Position numbers and translations under genes: made by a program. Source: Planctomycetota bacterium (GTDB lineage: Bacteria > Planctomycetota > UBA11346). Taken from it: a stretch of DNA of 64,000 nt. Of the stretch, positions 58,493 through 64,000 are shown in pieces (the first letter of the stretch is position 1; each line of letters begins with the position of its first letter). The stretch lies in assembly GCA_038231435.1 (NCBI GenBank), contig JBBRLJ010000017.1:32001-96000 (forward strand), in the 5' to 3' direction. Below the pieces are notes generated by a model. That model had not been told where the DNA came from. It ran no database searches and saw nothing but the letters and a program-made list of their open reading frames with translations.

Positions 58493-59707
58493 TCAGGCGG
58501 CGCGCACCGCCACCGCCAGCTTCGCCAGCAGCTCATCGATCTCAGCCGCGGTGATGATCAAGGGCGGCGCCAGGCGCAGGGTGTTCCCTCCCGACGGTCC
58601 GACGACCAGGCCTTCGGCGAGGCAGGCCTTCACCAGGGCGCCGGGATCTTGGGCGAGCTGAACTCCCAGCAGCAGGCCCTTCCCGCGCACCTCGGTGCCG
58701 GCGCCGAAGATCGCGCGCAGGCCGTTGGCGAGCTGCTCGCCGCGCTGAGCGATTCTCTCGATGAAACCAGGGGCGAGCACCACATCGAGCACCGCGAGCG
58801 CCGCCGCGCAGGCGAGCGGATTGCCGCCGAAGGTGGTGCCGTGCATGCCGGGTTTCAGCAGGTCGGCGGCCTTCGGCGCATACAACACCGCGCCGATCGG
58901 CACGCCGCCGCCCAGGCCCTTGGCCAGGGTCATGATGTCCGGGACCACGCCGGTCTCGTGCTGGTACGCGAAGGCCCTGCCGGTGCGGCCGACTCCGGTC
59001 TGGATCTCGTCGACCACCAGCAGCGCCTGATGCTGGTCGCACAGGCGCCTGAGCTCGGCGAGGAACCCGGCCGGAGCCGGGCGCACGCCGCCCTCGCCCT
59101 GGATCGGCTCGACGAATACCGCGGCGACGTCAGGGCCCATGGCCCTGGCCAGCGCGGAGGCGTCGCCGAAGGGCAGGAAATCGGCCGCGGGCAATGGTTC
59201 GAAGGGCTCGCGATAGGCGGGATTCGCCGTGATCGACAGAGCACCGAGAGTGCGCCCGTGGAAGCCGTTCTGGAAGGCGACCATGCGCTTCTTGCGGCCA
59301 CCGTGGGCCTGGTTGCCCCACAGCCGAGCCACCTTGTAGGCGGCTTCGTTGGCCTCGGTTCCCGAATTGCAGAACAACATCCTGCCCGGGAAGGCGGCGC
59401 CGACGATGCGCGCCGCCAGGGCCTCTTGCTGGGGGATGCCGTAGTGGTTCGAGACATGCGCGAGGGTGGCCGCCTGGCGCGAGATCGCCTCGACCAGCCG
59501 AGGGTGGCCATGGCCGAGCGAGCTGACCGCGACTCCGGCGAAGGCGTCGAGGTGGCGGCGCCCCAGGTCGTCGATCAGGTGGCAGCCCTCGCCGCGCACG
59601 AAGCGCACATCCTGGCGCTTGTAGTTCTGCACCAGGAAGGAGGGGTCGGCCTGGCCCGATGCGGGACCGGCTCCGGAGGCCGGCGATGGGTGTGCGAGCT
59701 TGCTCAC
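58493..59707 (-). CDS. argD: Acetylornithine aminotransferase (class III PLP enzyme)
   Basis: [52 protein letters not shown]. Confidence 0.92.
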   Translation of the reverse strand: MSKLAHPSPASGAGPASGQADPSFLVQNYKRQDVRFVRGEGCHLIDDLGRRHLDAFAGVAVSSLGHGHPRLVEAISRQAATLAHVSNHYGIPQQEALAARIVGAAFPGRMLFCNSGTEANEAAYKVARLWGNQAHGGRKKRMVAFQNGFHGRTLGALSITANPAYREPFEPLPAADFLPFGDASALARAMGPDVAAVFVEPIQGEGGVRPAPAGFLAELRRLCDQHQALLVVDEIQTGVGRTGRAFAYQHETGVVPDIMTLAKGLGGGVPIGAVLYAPKAADLLKPGMHGTTFGGNPLACAAALAVLDVVLAPGFIERIAQRGEQLANGLRAIFGAGTEVRGKGLLLGVQLAQDPGALVKACLAEGLVVGPSGGNTLRLAPPLIITAAEIDELLAKLAVAVRAA

Positions 59708-59918
59708 GGCGAGCCTCCTGGGGAGTCGTATCGTTGCTCGCCATCGTGAGATGCAAGGCGGCGACTGGGGGATTCCGCGAGCATGATGTATGCCGATATG
59801 GCAATTGCAGCAGGAGGGGGCGGGCTACACTCCGCGCCATGCCACGGAAGGCCATACGACGAGGACCCGCCCGCGCGTCCGTCCGTGCTCATGCATCGCC
59901 ACTGCTGCGTGGTCGTGC

Positions 59919-60482
59919 ATGAGCGGCAGCGATCCTGCCGCCACCCCCGCCACCCCCGCCGCCTTCCGCCATTGGGGCCGGTGGTTTTGGCCCGTGGCTC
60001 TGAGCGTGTTGGTGCTCGATCAGCTGACCAAGTGGTGGCTGTTCGCTCTGCCCGGCAATACCCGGCTGCCGACGTGGATCCTGCCTGCCCAGAACTCGGG
60101 GGTGGCCTGGAGCATCGGCCACCAGTGGCCCTGGGCGGTGACGCTGGTCACGGCGCTGCTGCTGCCCGCGCTGGCCTGGGTGTGGTGGCGATGGTTCCGT
60201 CCGCTCGGCGCCTGGGAGAACCTCGCCTTCGGCGGCATCCTCGGCGGTGCGCTCGGCAACGGCTTCGATCGCGCGTGCGCGCGCCTCGACCTGTTCCATC
60301 TGCGCGGCGTCCGTGATTTCATCAACATCGATCTGGGTTTCTGGCCAGCCCACCCGTGGCCGACGTTCAACATCGCCGATGCCGGCATCACCGGCGGATT
60401 CCTCGTCCTGGTGGCGCTGACATTCCGCAAGCCGAAAGCCGCGACCGCCCATGCCGGCATCGTGGCCGTGTCCGACCGCTAG
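59919..60482 (+). CDS. lspA: Lipoprotein signal peptidase (SPase II)
   Basis: LDQLTK, NSGVAWS, GGALGNGFDR, VRDFI, WPTFNIAD. Confidence 0.95.
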   Translation: MSGSDPAATPATPAAFRHWGRWFWPVALSVLVLDQLTKWWLFALPGNTRLPTWILPAQNSGVAWSIGHQWPWAVTLVTALLLPALAWVWWRWFRPLGAWENLAFGGILGGALGNGFDRACARLDLFHLRGVRDFINIDLGFWPAHPWPTFNIADAGITGGFLVLVALTFRKPKAATAHAGIVAVSDR

Positions 60483-60515
60483 CTTTTTTCTTCAGGTTTC
60501 TCTAGGAGCAGTTTC

Positions 60516-63500
60516 ATGCGTTTCAATCCGATCGCCCGCGAATTGGTCTGCAAAGTGGTCTACTACGGCCCCGGACTCGCCGGCAAGACCACCAACATGC
60601 AGGTGGTGCACGATCGCGTGCCGCCGCAGCAGGTCACCGAGCTGGTCAGCGTCGACACCCATTCCGAGCGCACGCTGCACTTCGACTGGCTCGCGCTCGA
60701 TGTCGGCCAGGTCCAGGGCGTCAACGTGCGCTTCGAGATCTTCACCGTGCCCGGGCAGAATTATTACGCCGCGACCCGCCGGCAGGTCCTGCAAGGCGCC
60801 GACGGCGTGGTGTTCATCGCCGACAGCCGCCGCGAGGCGCTCGACGAGAACATCGATTCGATGAACGAGATGCTGAACAACCTCAGGCACCACGGCCTGC
60901 CCGAGGACCTGCCGGTGGTGATGCAGTACAACAAGCAGGACCTGCCGAGCGCGCTGCGCCGCGAGCAGCTCGAGCCGCTGATGAACGTGCGCGCCTGGCC
61001 GAGCTTCGCCGCCACCGCCACCGCCGGCGACGGAGTGATGGAGACCGCGCACGCGATCTCGTCGCTGGTCGCCGAGCGCGCCACGCGCCTGGGCTCGCCG
61101 GTGCCCAGCGACGTCGCCCAGCAGAGCCAGCAGCCGGTTCCCGGCCAGAGCTGGCTGATCTCGTGCTACCGCTGCCAGACCATCCTCGAGGTCCCCAACG
61201 CCAACATCGGCTCGGTCTACACCTGCGGTGTATGCGGTTCGACGCTCGAGGTCACCGACACCGAGCGCGGCCTGACCCGGGCGCCCTCGGCGAGCCAGGA
61301 TGACAGCGGCGGCTACGCCCTGCAGAGCGCGTCGCAGTCGCCCGATGCGGGCACCAGCGCGCTCTCGGGCTCGCGCACCCAGCCGATCGAGCGCCAGGTG
61401 GCGCTCGCCGACGGCCCGGGTTTCGACCTCGAGGGCTACGACGTGGTCGCGACGCTCGACGAATCCGTTCAGGGCCGCCGCGTCCGCGTGCGCGAACGCG
61501 CCACCGGGCGCACGCTGCGCGCCTTCACCGTCTCGCCGCAGTTGATGCGCCAGCCCGGTTACCGCGACAACCTCGAGCCGTACGTGCGCATGGCCGGCCC
61601 GATCAAGCATCCCAACGCGCTGCCGCTCGCGAACCTGAGGCCGACCCACGACAGCGCCGTGCTCTTGAGCATCGATCCGCCGGATCATGAGCCGCTCGCG
61701 CACGTGCTCGCGCGCCGCCGCGCGCTCGCGCCGCCGCACGCCATGGGCCTGTTGCGCCAGCTCGCGCTCGCGCTCGAGGAAGCCGCGCGGCATGGCGTCG
61801 TCCACGGCTGGCTGCGCCCCGACGTGGTGCTGGTCAGTCCCGACGGCAATGCGCTGCTCGACGAGCTGTGCCTGCCGAAGAACCACCGCTTCCTGGTGCG
61901 CGAGCTCTCCGGAGCCAGCGCCGCCACCGAATACTACCTGGCGCCCGAGCATCTCGGCGACGACTCGCGCAGCGACCTGCGCTCGGACATCTTCGCGCTC
62001 GGCGCGCTGCTGTTCCGCATGATCACTGGCGAGGGTCTGGTCACCGGCTACAGCGCGCACGAGGCGCTGCACAAGGTGGTGGCCAACGGTCCGCGGCCGC
62101 TGCGTTCGACCCAGGCCGGCGTCAGCCGCGACCTGGACCTGTTCTATCAGCGGCTGGTGGCCGCCGAGCGCAAGGACCGCTTCCAGAACTACCGCGAGGT
62201 CATCGACGCGCTCGACAAGTTCGGCGGCGGCGCCAAGCGGCAGACGCTGCGCCTGACCGGCACCGTGGCCAATACCGGCACCGGTCGCGCGGGCCGCTCC
62301 ACCGCCAACGCGCACATCGCTCGCCGCGCCACCGGCGGCTCGGGCAACTATGCCGGACGCCCGCGCTCGGGCGGCGGCACCGGCCCAGCCACCGGCTCCA
62401 TCCGCAAGAAGGACGACAGCGGCGTGGTGATGGCGGTGGTGGTGGTGTGCGTGCTGCTCGCGGTCGCGCTGATCGCGGTGATGGTGATGAACCAGTCGCA
62501 CTCGTCGGGCTACACCGGGCAGAGCCAGGCCGAGAGCCCGAAATCCAAGTTCGATCCGCCAACCGTCACGCGTCCGATCTCGAGCCCGCCGGCGGGATTC
62601 ACCGGCGGCACCACGACCGGCGCCACGGCCGGAACGTCCGGTACGCCGCGCGCGGCAGTCACCACCGCGACCGGCGGGGCAACTGGCGGAGGGACTGGAG
62701 GCGAGGCGCCCGCGCCGCTCACCGCGGCCCAGCGCAGCGACCTGCTGCACCAGATCGCCGACATGCGCACCGAGGAGCGCTACCAGGCCGCGATCGGTCT
62801 GGCGGCGAAGTTCGATTCGGCCGAGGACCGCGACGCGCTGCCCAAGGCGATCCTCGCCCAACGCGACCTGCGCAAGAAGGACATCGAAGCCGCGGTGGTG
62901 AACAGCGTGGATCTCGAGCTGATCAAGAAGCTCGTGCAGCCCGCCCAGTCGACCTGGGGCCTGCCCGGCGACGCGGATTGGGCGAACAAGCTGGTGACCA
63001 CCGCCGCGGCGCGCATCGCCGCGGCCACGCCGGAAGTCGGCCCCATCGGCGAAGTGCCGAAGCCCGTCCCGGTCGAGGTCTCGCCGATCACCGGTCGCCC
63101 GCTCGCGGTGCAGCCGGCAGTCGTTCCGCCGGTGACTCCGCCCGTCGCCACGCCGAACGCCACGCCGGCTTCGACCCAGCCGGCCTCGCCAGCAACGACT
63201 CTGAGCGATCCGGCTGCCCAGTCGCTGATCCTGGTCGACCAGGCGCTGCTCGCCTACGCACCGATCGCGGCGCAGCAGGCGATCACCCCGCTCGACGCCC
63301 AGTCGGGCGAGGCGCGCGCGCTCAAGCACGAGATCGACTGGTGGAACCGCCGCATGCCGCTGCTGAATCGCGCGGCGCAATCCGGCAAGGTGAAGATGCG
63401 CATGCCGCATCCGACCACCGGCGAGATGTGGGACGTGCTCGGCGGCGACGCCACCAATGTCGATGTCTCGAATCCGGGCGGCAGCAAGTCGACCCTGCCG

Positions 63501-64000
63501 TGGACGCAGTTCGCTCCCAAGGACATCGCCAAAGTCTTCCAGGAAGCGGCCAACCTGCCTGACGTCACCGGCGAGGAGAACGCCACCGCGGCGATCATGC
63601 TGATGCTCGCGGGCGACCAGACCCAGGCCAGCCTGCAGATCCGCAAAGCCAAGCCGACCATCGACGCCGATCTCGGCGCCGACCTCGACACGCTGATGGG
63701 CCTGCACCGCCGCCGCGACCTGGTGGACGTGCTGGCCAAGGGCAGCGACGCGCTGAAATCGGGCAATGCCAAGGGCATCGCCGACGCGCTCGCCGAGCTG
63801 CGCAAGGCCGACAAGCCGACGCAGGCCGCGCTGGCGTCGCAGATCGCCAAGCTCGATGAAGCGCAGCAGAAGCTCGCCGTGGCCAAACCGGCGACGCCCG
63901 CGGGCACTCCGGCGGTGACGCAGGGCAAGGACAAGGTGACCTTCGACGGCCTCGATGACCTCACCGCGTTCCCGGACACCGAGGGCAAGTGGCAGGTCAA
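60516..64000 (+). CDS. Partial multidomain protein: MglA-like small GTPase + Zn ribbon + Ser/Thr pseudokinase + TM + extracytoplasmic region (runs past window end)
   Basis: Translated by hand with no stop to 64000; AGGAG SD at 60504. Motifs: CKVVYYGPGLAGKTTN, ERTLHFD, FTVPGQ, GADGVVFIADS, YNKQDLP; CYRC-x16-CGVC; KHPN, VVHGWLRPD, YLAPE, SDIFALG; TM at 62424-62489. Confidence 0.93.
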   Translation, partial: MRFNPIARELVCKVVYYGPGLAGKTTNMQVVHDRVPPQQVTELVSVDTHSERTLHFDWLALDVGQVQGVNVRFEIFTVPGQNYYAATRRQVLQGADGVVFIADSRREALDENIDSMNEMLNNLRHHGLPEDLPVVMQYNKQDLPSALRREQLEPLMNVRAWPSFAATATAGDGVMETAHAISSLVAERATRLGSPVPSDVAQQSQQPVPGQSWLISCYRCQTILEVPNANIGSVYTCGVCGSTLEVTDTERGLTRAPSASQDDSGGYALQSASQSPDAGTSALSGSRTQPIERQVALADGPGFDLEGYDVVATLDESVQGRRVRVRERATGRTLRAFTVSPQLMRQPGYRDNLEPYVRMAGPIKHPNALPLANLRPTHDSAVLLSIDPPDHEPLAHVLARRRALAPPHAMGLLRQLALALEEAARHGVVHGWLRPDVVLVSPDGNALLDELCLPKNHRFLVRELSGASAATEYYLAPEHLGDDSRSDLRSDIFALGALLFRMITGEGLVTGYSAHEALHKVVANGPRPLRSTQAGVSRDLDLFYQRLVAAERKDRFQNYREVIDALDKFGGGAKRQTLRLTGTVANTGTGRAGRSTANAHIARRATGGSGNYAGRPRSGGGTGPATGSIRKKDDSGVVMAVVVVCVLLAVALIAVMVMNQSHSSGYTGQSQAESPKSKFDPPTVTRPISSPPAGFTGGTTTGATAGTSGTPRAAVTTATGGATGGGTGGEAPAPLTAAQRSDLLHQIADMRTEERYQAAIGLAAKFDSAEDRDALPKAILAQRDLRKKDIEAAVVNSVDLELIKKLVQPAQSTWGLPGDADWANKLVTTAAARIAAATPEVGPIGEVPKPVPVEVSPITGRPLAVQPAVVPPVTPPVATPNATPASTQPASPATTLSDPAAQSLILVDQALLAYAPIAAQQAITPLDAQSGEARALKHEIDWWNRRMPLLNRAAQSGKVKMRMPHPTTGEMWDVLGGDATNVDVSNPGGSKSTLPWTQFAPKDIAKVFQEAANLPDVTGEENATAAIMLMLAGDQTQASLQIRKAKPTIDADLGADLDTLMGLHRRRDLVDVLAKGSDALKSGNAKGIADALAELRKADKPTQAALASQIAKLDEAQQKLAVAKPATPAGTPAVTQGKDKVTFDGLDDLTAFPDTEGKWQV

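Noticed and set aside
63420..63540. SHD1-like motif (..STLPWTQFAPKD) in the ectodomain of the MglA fusion
   Set aside because: The resemblance is only by eye and too weak to call without a profile search.
60492..63707. 1071-aa - strand ORF and 61868-63562 + strand ORF in the track
   Set aside because: Antisense and off-frame shadows of the real gene starting at 60516, which has an SD and clear domain motifs.

Overview
High-GC bacterial chromosomal DNA, most likely Planctomycetota. The evidence for this is an EF-Tu switch-I loop reading '[14 protein letters not shown]', an RpoB 'SQVVDQ..THERRLSALGPGG' motif, a prepilin/H-X9-DG protein and a TPR-alphaCTD protein. Positions 0.28-15.5 kb hold the core cluster tRNA-Thr/Tyr/Gly/Thr-tuf-rpmG-tRNA-Trp-secE-nusG-rplKAJL-rpoBC-rpsL-rpsG, which ends in a terminator with no fusA. 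The rest is mixed housekeeping, envelope and accessory genes: CHASE/GAF kinase, dnaJ-grpE, hisF, HtrA, an ABC trio, ribF, mrp, LD-transpeptidase with ECF sigma/anti-sigma, PPIase, OmpA-like protein, amidase, csp, zwf, xseA, PhyH/AraC pairs, kdsB-pyrG, GH13, argD and lspA. The most notable feature is missing from the supplied ORF track because it runs off the window end. It is a >=1161-codon + strand ORF from 60516 that fuses an MglA-type small GTPase, a Zn ribbon, a Ser/Thr pseudokinase, a transmembrane helix and a large extracytoplasmic region. Three families of intergenic repeats are also present, two of them showing base-pair covariation. No CRISPR array, rRNA or transposase was recognised. 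All family assignments come from motif recognition by eye; no database searches were run.
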